Source of the DNA: Octopus bimaculoides
Lineage: Eukaryota
Assembly: GCF_001194135.2 (NCBI RefSeq)
Contig: NC_068991.1
Location: forward strand, 65,495,382 to 65,559,381
Reading direction: 5' to 3'
Length of the DNA: 64,000 nucleotides
The translations under genes were made by a program, and so were the position numbers. This document shows positions 1 through 10,781 of this stretch, in pieces. Below the pieces are notes generated by a model. The model saw only the letters and a program-made list of their open reading frames with translations. It searched no databases and was not told the DNA's origin. How positions within the stretch are numbered: position 1 is the stretch's first letter; the number at the start of each line of letters is the position of its first letter.

Positions 1-206
1 GGCCGTTTTCGTGCGGGTGACACGTAAAAGCACCCACTACACTCTCTGAGTGGTTGGCGTTAGGAAGGGCATCCAGCTGTAGAAACTCTGCCAAATTAGA
101 TTGGAGCCTGGTGTTGCCATCCGGTTTCACCAGTCCTCAGTCAAATCGTCCAACCCATGCTAGCATGGAAAGCGGACGTTAAACGATGATGATGATGATG
201 ATGATG
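1..206 (+). mobile_element. SINE/LINE-tail family B (3' part ending ...GGACGTTAAAC(GAT)n)
   Basis: The motif AGGAAGGGCATCCAGCTGTAGAAACTCTGCC...CATGCTAGCATGGAAAG recurs many times in the window (e.g. ~12940, 16900, 29000, 30240, 31120, 37390, 51450, 53030, 57950). Confidence 0.85.
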
Positions 207-246
207 ATATATATTCCATAATGATATATGAGAGAAAATAAGTCAC

Positions 247-425
247 CTTATGTTAATAATGAGCTCTTTCGAACCAATGTTACATATATATTCATGCCAC
301 GTGGCATCTGCCTCAATTGGGATTCCATCAAGAGCTGGTTGATGTTTCAGCAGACCGAGGGAAGTAAAGCGTCTGGTGGAAACAGGTGAAAGATTTAAGG
401 CATTTGTCTTTTTCCCATTTAAAGC
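247..425 (-). CDS. CAMKMT: CAMKMT-like gene, coding exon 2 (179 nt; ALNGKKTNALNLSPVSTRRFTSLGLLKHQPALDGIPIEADATWHEYICNIGSKELIINI+R)
   Basis: Acceptor TTTGCTTTGTTTTGCAG|GCT and donor ATAAG|GTGACT (phase 2). STRRFTSLGLL and WHEY...IINIR resemble SVRRFESFNLF and WVQY...ISLR of human CAMKMT (recalled). Confidence 0.85.
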
Positions 426-580
426 CTGCAAAACAAAGCAAAAAAATGAGATCAATGAATGTTGCTAAACTGAAATTGTGTTAAAAAACTAAGACAATCG
501 ATATTGGCAGAAATAATACAAAAGCATGTCTATGATAGTAATTTTATTAACACTTCGGAGAAGGAGAATAGCATTCAATA

Positions 581-1078
581 TACTCTTTTATTCTTTTACT
601 TGTTTCAGTCATTTGACTGTGGCCATGCTGGAGCACCACCTTTAGTCGAGCTAATCGACCCCAGGACTTATTCTTTGGAAGCCTAGTACTTATTCTATTG
701 GTCTCTTTTACCGAACCGCTAAGTTACGGGGACGTAAACACACCAGCATTGGTTGTCAAGCGATGATGGGGGGACAAACACAGACACACAAACATATACA
801 CACATACATACACATATACATATATACGACGGGCTTCTTTCAGTTTCCGTCTACCAAATCCACTCACAAGGCTTTGGTCGGCCCGAGGNNNNNNNNNNNN
901 NNNNNNNNNNNNNNNNNNNNNNNNNNNNNNNNNNNNNNNNNNNNNNNNNNNNNNNNNNNNNNNNNNNNNNNNNNNNNNNNNNNNNNNNNNNNNNNNNNNN
1001 NNNNNNNNNNNNNNNNNNNNNNNNNNNNNNNNNNNNNNNNNNNNNNNNNNNNNACCACACAGCCACTCCTGCGCCTAT
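581..1078 (-). mobile_element. tRNA-derived SINE family A (gapped copy)
   Basis: Reverse complement of the ATAGGCGCAGGAGTGGCTGTGTGG...GCATGGCCGCAGTCAAATGACTGAAACAAGTAAAAGA consensus with internal (TA/TG)n. Confidence 0.9.
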
Positions 1079-1253
1079 CTCTCGACTTTTCTTTTTTCCT
1101 TATCGCATACCTTGTTGTCAGCTGGGCATGCTATATCTATCATCATCATTATTATTATCATCATTATCATTATTATCATCATTATCATTATTATCATTAT
1201 TATTATCATTATCATTATTATCATTATTATTATTATTATCATTATTATTATCA

Positions 1254-1284
<31 letters not shown>

Positions 1285-1319
1285 TATCATTATTATTATT
1301 ATCATTATTATTATTATTA

Positions 1320-1354
<35 letters not shown>

Positions 1355-1356
<2 letters not shown>

Positions 1357-1778
1357 TATACACACAACACATTAGACTGTTGGAAAAGAAAAATCCCTAA
1401 CATCAGGTTACAACAAGTAACCTTAGATGTCAAGAATTCTCCTAAGTATACTAGCTGTCCCTAATAACACTGTTTTCTGGAGCTATACTAGGTTGGGTTT
1501 TATGCCTATTTCCTCTATCCATCTGTTCAAATCTTTCGGGATATTTTCCAATGCACCTATAACGATTGGGATACATTTTACCTGCACTTTTCATAGTCTT
1601 TGTAATTTTATGGCTTGTCCTGGTACTTTGCTATTTTTTCTACACCTCTCATATTGATTTTTTTTCATCATTTGGGATTGTAAAGTCAATTATGTGGCAT
1701 TTTCTATTCTCTTTGTCTACCACTACTAAATCAGACCTTCTAGCTTCTATTACTCTGTCAGACTGAATGTTAACGTCC
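1355..1778 (-). mobile_element. 5'-truncated Dong/R4-type non-LTR retrotransposon (restriction-like endonuclease domain + 3'UTR), decayed
   Basis: Manual translation gives DVNIQSDRVIEARRSDLVVVDKENRKCHIIDFTIPND...EKIAKYQD...IPIVIGAL...LQKTVLLGTASILRRILDI*. Flanked by (TAA)n on both sides; 3'UTR hairpin AGGTTAC-TTGTT-GTAACCT at 1405-1423. Confidence 0.85.
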
Positions 1779-1807
<29 letters not shown>

Positions 1808-1810
<3 letters not shown>

Positions 1811-1939
1811 TAGTTTTATTTTTATAACGTGCTTTCACTTCACTACCGAGCGCAGCTCTGTGTGCCTTGGGTATGTGCTGTGGTTTGCTGTGATGCTCTT
1901 ATGGTTACTGTATTGAAAGTGTTTTGCGTAGGATGTGTG

Positions 1940-1940
<1 letters not shown>
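1808..1940 (-). mobile_element. Very short 3' end of a second Dong/R4-type family (AHILRKTLSIQ* + 3'UTR)
   Basis: Near-identical to 28229-28375; embedded in (TAA)n. Confidence 0.8.
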
Positions 1941-1986
<46 letters not shown>

Positions 1987-2126
1987 TTTTCAAAAGAAAA
2001 ATTAAGAAAAATCAATATTGATTTATATAAAATTTTTTCCATGCCTCTGCCATTGTCAATGACATTGCAAACTATTGTTAGTCAAAGCTAAAAACTGAAG
2101 CTTAGTGTAAAAAGATAGGGAACCAT

Positions 2127-2538
2127 ATAGGCGCAGGAGTGGCTGTGTGGTAAGTAGCTTGCTTACAAATCGCATGGTTCCGGGTTCATTCCCACTGCAT
2201 GGCATCTTGGGCAAGTGTCTTCTACGATAGCCTTGGACCGACCAAAGCCTTGTGAGTGGATTTGGTAGACGGAAACTGAAAGAAGCCCGTCATATATATG
2301 TATATGTATATTTATGTGTGTGTATATGTTTGTGTCTGTGTTTGTCCCCCCAACATCGCTTGACAACCGATGCTGGTGTGTTTACATCCCCGTAACTTAG
2401 CGGTTCGGCAAAAGAGACCGGTAGAATAAGTACTAGGCTTCCAAAGAATAAGTCCTGGGGTCGATTTGCTCGACTAAAAAGGCAGTGCTCCAGCATGGCC
2501 GCAGTCAAATGACTGAAACAAGTAAAAGAGTAAGAGTA
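2127..2538 (+). mobile_element. SINE family A, near full length
   Basis: tRNA-like head (A-box-like TGGCTGTGTGG, B-box-like GGTTCATTCC), body and tail match other copies. Confidence 0.9.
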
Positions 2539-2699
2539 ATCCTTTGGAATTTGAAAGGAAAACATTAATAAATTCAAGAAACTTGGGTAGTATTTTGGAT
2601 GTAGATCAACATTGAAAAGAGAAAACCATGGAATATAAAAAAAAAACAAAAAAACTAGAAATATTTTTCTCCTTGAAAAAAGTTACTGCTCCTGCAGTA

Positions 2700-2843
2700 G
2701 CTGTTGCTACTGCTGCTGCTACTACTACTTCTAACCCTCCCACCACTACCAGTGCTGCTGCTGCTGCTGCTGCTGTTGCTACTACTAAATAACAACAAGA
2801 GCAATAATAATGAAAATGGCGACAATGATGATTGTGGTGGAGG

Positions 2844-2878
<35 letters not shown>

Positions 2879-2927
2879 GTGGTGATGATGGAGGTGGTGA
2901 TGATGATGGAGGTGGTGATGGTGGTGG

Positions 2928-2980
<53 letters not shown>

Positions 2981-3014
2981 GTGGTGATGATGATGGAGGT
3001 GGTGATGGTGGTGG

Positions 3015-3049
<35 letters not shown>

Positions 3050-3098
3050 GTGGTGATGATGATGGAGGTGGTGATGATGATGGAGATGGTGATGGTGG

Positions 3099-3150
<52 letters not shown>

Positions 3151-3350
3151 AGAGGTGGTGATGGTGGTGGTTATAATGATCATGATCATGATGGTGATCA
3201 TGATGATAATAATGATGATAATAATGATGATAGTGGTGGGGGTGGTGGTTGTGGTGGTTTGTGGTGGTGGTGACAAGGATGATGATGATGATGATGATGA
3301 AGATGTTAATGATGGTGACGACAATAATCATGATGATGTTGATGATGATG
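2700..3350. repeat. Compound (GAT)n/(GGT)n/(GCT)n microsatellite
   Basis: Direct reading; explains the poly-D/H/M ORFs. Confidence 0.95.
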
Positions 3351-4030
3351 ATTTTAAATGTAGACACAAGGTCAGAAATCTTGGTGGGAGACGAACAATC
3401 GATTATAATGGCGGTGCCCCAGCATGGCCACAGCTCATGAGCTGAAACTAGATAAAATAAACCGAATGAATATTATTTTTCTCGACCCCGAAATGATAAT
3501 TGAGATGCAAAGTCAACAGTGGTCAGATTTGAGCACAGAACATGAAGAACCGGAAAAATACCAAGAAATATTGCATGATATTTTCTCCAGCGCTTTAACA
3601 AAAACAACGACATAAAAATGATGATGATGATGATGACAATGAACTAAATCTATAAATAAAAAAACAAGTAAAAAATAAAAATAAAAAAATGAGTCAAAAT
3701 TCTTTCTGTTTTCTTCCTGGGTAGAGATCTATTCTTACATACTGGCAGCTATCCAAAAACCCACTCAAGATATAATAAAAGATCAATAAGGTGTATTGAT
3801 TTTTAAAAAGTTAACTTTCATCAATGCATCGCAAATCAGCAATGTAGCATAATTTTTATTTTATTTATTTATTTTTTGTTTTTGTTTTTGTTTTTAGTCT
3901 TTTAGTAAGAATTTACAAATATTTTGTTTCTGCTGAACAAGAGTTCTGAAGAAGGAACTGAAATTCACTTATGGTGGAATACATCGAAGTACATCAAAAT
4001 AATTCAATATAAAAATGCACGTGACGAACA

Positions 4031-4442
4031 ATAGGCGCAGGAGTGGCTGTGTAGTAAGTAGCTTGCTTACCAACCACATGGTTCCGGGTTCAGTCCCACT
4101 GTGTGGCATCTTGGGCAAATGTCTTCTACTATAGCCTCAGGCCGACCAAAGCCTTGTGAGTGGATTTGGTAGATGGAAATTGAAAGAAGCCTGACGTATA
4201 TATGTATATATATGTGTGTGTGTGTGCTTGTGTGTCTGTGTTTGTCCCCCTAGCATTGCTTGACAACCGATGCTGGTGTGTTTATGTCCCCGTCACTTAG
4301 CGGTTTGGCAAAAGAGACCGATAGAATAAGTACTAGGCTTACAAAGAATAAGTCCCGGGGTCGATTTGCTCGACTAAAGGTGGTGCTCCAGCATGGCCGC
4401 AGTCAAATGACTGAAACAAGTAAAAGAGTAAAAAAAAGAGTA
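4031..4442 (+). mobile_element. SINE family A, near full length
   Basis: High similarity to the 2127-2538 and 41492-41910 copies. Confidence 0.9.
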
Positions 4443-4506
4443 TGAGTGAATAGGTGTCTGGATATATTTGAAGATCAGAAAATAAGAGATGAGTGTTTCA
4501 GTTATA

Positions 4507-4542
4507 TAACCCTAACCCTAACCCTAACCCTAACCCTAACCC
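4507..4542. repeat. Interstitial telomere-like repeat (TAACCC)6
   Basis: Six perfect TAACCC units. Confidence 0.9.
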
Positions 4543-4940
4543 TTTCCTCATCCCAGTGTTCTGATGAAGCGAAGGGAGTGCAGAGTATTTACAGTGTCAT
4601 GAAAAATGTTATGGGCCATTTCTTCTGGCTTTTTATGATTTGGTTTCATATCTTACCAAGGTCGACTTTGCTGTTCATCCTTTTGAGGTCAATAAAATGA
4701 AGTATCAGTCGTGTACTTGGGTCAATGTAATTCACTATCTCAATCCCCCTAAAGCTACTGTCCTCTTACTAAAATTTGAAAGAATTATGCACACACATAC
4801 ACACACACACATACACACACACACATATTGCTTGGTTATTCATTTTACGTCTGTTTTTCTATGCTTGCATGGGTTTGAGGAACATGTTGTTTGCACCATT
4901 GTTTTACTGCCAGATACCCTTCCTTCTTTCCTTAAATGTA

Positions 4941-4971
<31 letters not shown>

Positions 4972-6090
4972 GAGTGAAATGAAAATAATATAGAATATAA
5001 AAACTTTTTTAAAAAATAGCTTTTAAAAAATATAAAATTCAACAATGAATAAAGAAAATGTAAGGGGGAAAAAAATCAAATAATTTCACTTCTCACTATG
5101 TTTTTGTATGGGAGCTAATAGAAATTATGGTTTTAGATTGCTTCTTCTAACATCTTTTTGTCTTTCTCTCTCTCTCTCCCTCTCTCTTTCTCTCTCTTCT
5201 ACTTTCTCTCTCTTCCAGTTTTTTCCTCTACCCCCCTCTCCCCCTCTCTGTCATTTACAATTCTAATGGACATTGTTTAATGGCAGAAACAGAGATCTGA
5301 AGCCATAGAAATAGTATCTCGCAGGATATAATGAAATTTGTGATGGAAATTTATCTGACAAATGGATGGAAAAAAAAAAATACAAATGATTTCTTTCACA
5401 AAACAATGATTTATTTTTATTATTAGTTACATTATAAGATGGCTAATGAAAAGAGTTTGTACAGAAGCATACCACCACTCAACTTGATAGCTAATGTATG
5501 AATGAGGTTGGAACTGAACAACAAACAGCCATAATCACTGCTATTTTGTTTTTGTGTAACCCATATTCAGTTTTGCTCAAACAAATGTTCCATTTGTGAC
5601 ACACCTGTCTCTCTTTTTTTAAGACATAATGTATCTAGGATTATGTTATCTAATGTGTTCTTCTTCTGATTTTGTTTTTTAGTTATGTGATTATGTGTGT
5701 CTTTCATTGGCTTAAGACTCTTTTGGTTATATTCATTTCAAGTTTGGGTACAAGACCAGCAAATACAGGGGATGAGGTAAGTCGATTTCATCGACCCCCC
5801 AGTGTTTAACTGGTACTTATTTCACTGACCCCGAAAGGATGAAAGGCAAAGTGGACCTCATTAGATTTTGGACACAGAATGTATTCTTGAGCAAAGCACT
5901 TCATTTCATGTTGCTCCAGTCCACTCAGCTATGACCAAATACTCTTGTGAAGGAATGGCATCTTGTTCAGAAAGAATGTGATCTCAATCACTTACACACC
6001 ATGGAGATTGTAGTCAACAAATGAAATGCCATGAAACATTTTGCCTGGCATGCTAACAATTCTGCCAGCCTGTCACCTTTATCTTTAGAT

Positions 6091-6257
6091 TACCGTAAAT
6101 CCTCGAGTATAGTCCGCCCTTGAGTATAATATGCAGGGGATTTTTAGGGGGCTGTACCTCTGAAAAACCTAAACTTTGTGAATAATATGCACCCCTTCTC
6201 TAACTTGAGTCAAGGAGGTCTATATAACATCCCTGGTTTGTAAACATATATACGGTA
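6091..6257. mobile_element. Tc1/mariner/pogo-like MITE
   Basis: Inverted termini TACCGTA(AAT)... / ...(TA)TACGGTA with TA at both ends. Confidence 0.55.
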
Positions 6258-6420
6258 ATGTCATTTATTATTATTGTATATATAACATAATGCAAACGTG
6301 TAGCTTTTTTGTGCACTTTGTTTGCAGAAAATAAAGAAATAACAGTAATAACGTTAGTGAAAAATAAATATTAAGTAAATTGACTTTAGATATTTATCAC
6401 TATCAATTACAAGCTCACTT

Positions 6421-6659
6421 TGCAACCACATGGTTTCAGGTTCAGTCCCACTGCATGGCACCTCGGGTAAGTGCCTTCTACTATAGCCTCTTGGGTTGAT
6501 CAATGTCTTGTGAGTGGATTTGGTATGTAGAAATTATGTGGAAGCCTGTTGTGTATGGGGGGTGCGTACGTACATGTGTGTGTATGTGTGTGTGTGTGTG
6601 TGTGCATATCTTTGTGCCTGAGTTTGTCACCCCACCCCAAGAATTTATGTCGAAGCCTG

Positions 6660-6694
<35 letters not shown>

Positions 6695-6724
6695 TGTGCA
6701 TGTCTTTGTNNNNNNNNNNGCCTG

Positions 6725-6759
<35 letters not shown>

Positions 6760-6990
6760 TGTGCATGTCTTTGTGCATGAGCTTGTCACCCCACCCCAAT
6801 CCACCACTAGACAACCAGTGCTGGTTTGTTTACATCCCCATAACTTAGCAGTTCAACAAAAGAGACCAATAGAATAAATACCAGACATCAAAGTAATTAG
6901 TGAAGGTGATTTGTTCAACTAAACTCTTCAAGGTGGTGCCCCAGCATGGCCACAGCCCAATGACTGAAACAAGTAAAAGATAAAAGAAAA
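6421..6990 (+). mobile_element. Diverged SINE family A copy
   Basis: Head, (TG)n core and GGTGCCCCAGCATGGCC...TGACTGAAAC tail recognisable. Confidence 0.8.
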
Positions 6991-8231
6991 CACACACACA
7001 CATACACACCAAAACTAGGTTTAATTCCAGATTACATGAAGCTAAATAGAATCCTACACTGGGTGGTTTCATAATTTTCATATCTTTGCATTAAGAAGCA
7101 AGCATGGGTATTTCGTTACAGCTGAAAGCTCTTTCACTCAACCATGTTATGGGTGTGCTACCGATTTTCAGCAAGACTGACTGGAAGTTAAGTAGATGAT
7201 GTAGAAGAAGATGCTCGCTTCATCTGATGGTCTTTTGAGGATTTGCGATCCAGTTTTTGTAATCACTCAGGTGTGTGATATATACTATATGATCAGATTA
7301 TAGGTGTTAATAAGTGCTGATGACTTTTGTAGATTGATGGGCAACACTAAGAAGAAGGTGTGTTTAGCTTTCAATGAAAAAAAATAACAACGACAACAAC
7401 AAAAGCACCACCACCAACAACAACAATAATCGGAGCATGTGGTAAGTGTGTTGTGTAGATAGTGCAGTTATTAAACAAACAACAAAGTGTATTAGCATTG
7501 TTGGCACACTGACAGTGTGTATACAGAGAGTTTATCTGTTTCAAGATACACAGAGACAACGGCCGGAGTAACTAAGCCTGTTTAGAATGGATCATTAGAT
7601 GCTGATGATAAAACGGTTGGTCAACTAATGAACTTAATAGATACTAGTAACATGATTACATACTCACTTAAGATCAGAGGACCGTAATCGTCGTTGTCCT
7701 CCTCTTTATCATCATCAACACCATCACCACCAATGTCATCACTAATATCACCACCACTACCATCACCACCAGTATTATCATCCAACGCCTCCTCATCGAA
7801 ACAAAGCCCATAATTGTTATTTTTCTCGTCAAGGTCAACGTCACCTTTTATCTTTCTGCAGCCAATAAAATGTAATATCAGTTAAGTACTGGGTGGGGAA
7901 ATAAAGTACTGGTCGTGTACTGAAATCAAGTTAATCCTCTGTACTCTTCACCAAAACCAAATGTGATGCCTAGCACTGACGTTAAAAACAAATATCATCG
8001 TTGTTATTGTTTTAAAGCTGTGCAGCACAGAATTGGTAGTTTGTCTGATGAAATGCTTTGTGGTGTTTAGTTACATCCCTTCATCTTCCGGTTTCAAATC
8101 CTGCCAAGTTAACTTTAACTTTCATTTGTCTGGGATCATTAAAGAACAGTCAACTGCTGGAGTCAATGTAATCAGTTCATCCTGATTCCTACACAAAATT
8201 TCTGGTCTCGTGTTTATGTAAAGCATCGTTG

Positions 8232-8262
<31 letters not shown>

Positions 8263-9045
8263 TATTATTATTATTAGTGCAACAATGTTCTCAAGGAGAC
8301 TCTGGACGCCAACGAGAACGAACTGGCTAGTCTGTTCCGGAGGACTTTCCAGTTGGGAACTATCATGGATATTTTCTAGATGTCCTTGGCCTGGCAGTGC
8401 TATTGGTGGGGAGGTGGGGTGTCGCTGCCAGTTTGAGATAAACTCTATAGGCATGAATGTGCTGTCAGATGGGCTTGTCCGAGGTGTGCACAGAGTGATG
8501 AAGCCATTCAAGCACGCCCTCGTTCAGTCCAGGCATTGCTGACTTGTGGGGTTATGTCGAAAAGCTGCTGTCGTGTGTGGGACAGATCCATCTGTTGGTC
8601 CAGTCTGTAGTGATGATCACCCCACCACCCTCCTTCAACTGGGCAAGCAAAGCAGTTATCCTTTGCCTGGTGGCTGTGGCAAAAGAGGTTGTTTGATGGA
8701 CAAGGCTGAAAGGCATGAGGACAGATACATTCCTCTTTCATAAAGCTCTCATTGACTTCTTCAAGTTTCACGTGAAAGGGAAATTGAGAGTGAAGAGGGA
8801 AGTGCTCTCCTCGAGTGAGTTTATTGAAATGTGGGTGGAAGCTGAAGAAATAGCAAGAGTAGATGGGACCACTCTAAGTGCAGACCTGTGAGTAGGAGAG
8901 AAGGAATTAGTTCCCTCTCCTCAAATTTCAGGCCTTATGTCTATAATAGAAAGGACTATTATTTTATTATCTTTGCACAGCTTCTAATGCTGGAGATGTA
9001 CTACATTGTCAGCTGTTCACTACCAGTGAACTGAGGTAACATCCC

Positions 9046-9089
<44 letters not shown>

Positions 9090-9639
9090 GAGTGAGAGAG
9101 CAGTGCATGCCATCAAAGTGACACTGGGGTAAAATATACGAAGCCCAGTATACCCATCATGACTACATGTCTGATAAGGGTACATCAGGTACATGCATCA
9201 CAATCATATGTGTGCGATATAGTAAACTCATATCAAGATAAACAGCACATGACCTTGCAGATGGGGCCCAGTTAGAATTTTCTTCAGCTCGAGTAGCCCA
9301 TTCCCAAAAGATTCCTGAATAAGGGTTGTTTAAGGATGTTGAATGAAACACCCATGTTTCCAAAGGTGAATTATCCAAACCCCAAAGAATTCCTCTCAAA
9401 CACATGGCTATGATGCTCCCCAACTACTTCTGCTCATGATCAGAGATGCACATATTTTTGGCCAATAAGGAAGATGCTCAACTGGTCAAGATCAAGCAAC
9501 TGACAAGCAAATCTGTGGTATTGAGCAGAATATTTGCTGTAGTCCATCTTTTATACCAAGACAAAACAATGTACATGATAACACTTCCAATCAGTTACGA
9601 TCAGAAGCCATGAGAGCTACTGCCTGGCACTGCATATCA
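9090..9639 (-). mobile_element. Unclassified ~550-bp non-coding insertion inside a (TAA)n array
   Basis: Complex sequence with sharp (TTA)n boundaries on both sides; no tRNA head or recognisable ORF. Confidence 0.55.
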
Positions 9640-9649
9640 TTATTATTAC

Positions 9650-9683
<34 letters not shown>

Positions 9684-10748
9684 GTTATTATTATTATTGT
9701 TAAGGTGGTGAGCTGACAGAATTGTTACTACACCAGATGCAATGCTGCTAAACATTTGGCTGAGGTCAACTTTGCCCACCATCCTTTCAGGGTCAACAAA
9801 TAAAGTACAGTTCACGAGCAGGACATTGGCAGAACTGTTTGGTGTTAGACAAGATGTTTTGTAGTACATATTCTCGGGTCTTTATGTTCTGAGTTCACCT
9901 ATGACAACATAGGTATAACACTGTATCAGCCTTTGTTTTTCTCTCAGATAACCTCAATGGCATAGAGAGGGGCAACTTTCACGTACAGGAAACCACTGGT
10001 CTTCAGTGGCATAGCTAGAGTATGTGCCACTAGGGGCAGCCCTTGAGTTGGCTGGGCCTCCATCCCTGGGCCCCTAAGCCAATACAGACTAGAGGTCTAT
10101 GCCACCAACTTACCCTTCATCTGAAAAATTTCTGGCCTTGTGTCAAAAGTTTGATAAATATCTTAAAAAAATAAAGAACTAAAATATGGAGTGAACAGAA
10201 TTTCAGAGAATCGGTATTTGGTTTACAGCTTTGTAGGGATTAACAGGTTGGGGGTAGGGGTACAGCATTATTTCAGTCTGTACCTGTTGAAGCCAAGCAG
10301 CAGATGGTGTTAGTAAAGTTACTGGGTTTGAGTTCTTCTAATTTTGGTTAAATCAAGAATCCTGGCAGAGGGTAGAAAAAAAAAAGAAAAACAAAAAGTA
10401 AAAAACAAACAAGCAAAATAGCATTTCTATTTTGATAATTCCTATTGTTAGAGCTGCATCAATTGTTTATCACAGCCAATAAGATAACTGGAGCATGCTC
10501 CAAGCCATATTCTTGTTAGTGTGGCATCTCGATATAAGACATCTGGTGCTGCTTATGGTGGAATTGGTAATTTGACCAGCTAATCATTTATTTTGTATTT
10601 TCTCGTAATTACTTTTTCTCAGTTTGAAGCAAATGAAGGTTGTGAAGTATGTGAGATAGCATTGAGAATTTTCAAGATAATACACTTGCAGATTGTGTGC
10701 GTGTATGTGTGTATGTGTTCATGTGTGTATGCATGTGCATATATGTAC

Positions 10749-10781
<33 letters not shown>

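Noticed and set aside
3940-3995. CTGAAGA...GAAA hammerhead-like string
   Set aside because: Stem II is only 2 bp and stem I does not pair; likely chance.
6655-6780. Direct duplication across a 10-N gap (also 49560-49660)
   Set aside because: Typical unmerged contig overlap; assembly artefact.
8280-8740. GC-richer segment possibly an RTE 3' end
   Set aside because: Only a faint RPRT-like motif and a TAA/TGA tail; too decayed to call. The pyrimidine-rich pieces at ~12070-12500 and ~18310-18720 are similarly unassignable.
10490-10570. Short plus-strand frame HILVSVASRYKTSGAAYGGIG ending at a GT
   Set aside because: Upstream in-frame stop, weak acceptor, no homology recognised.
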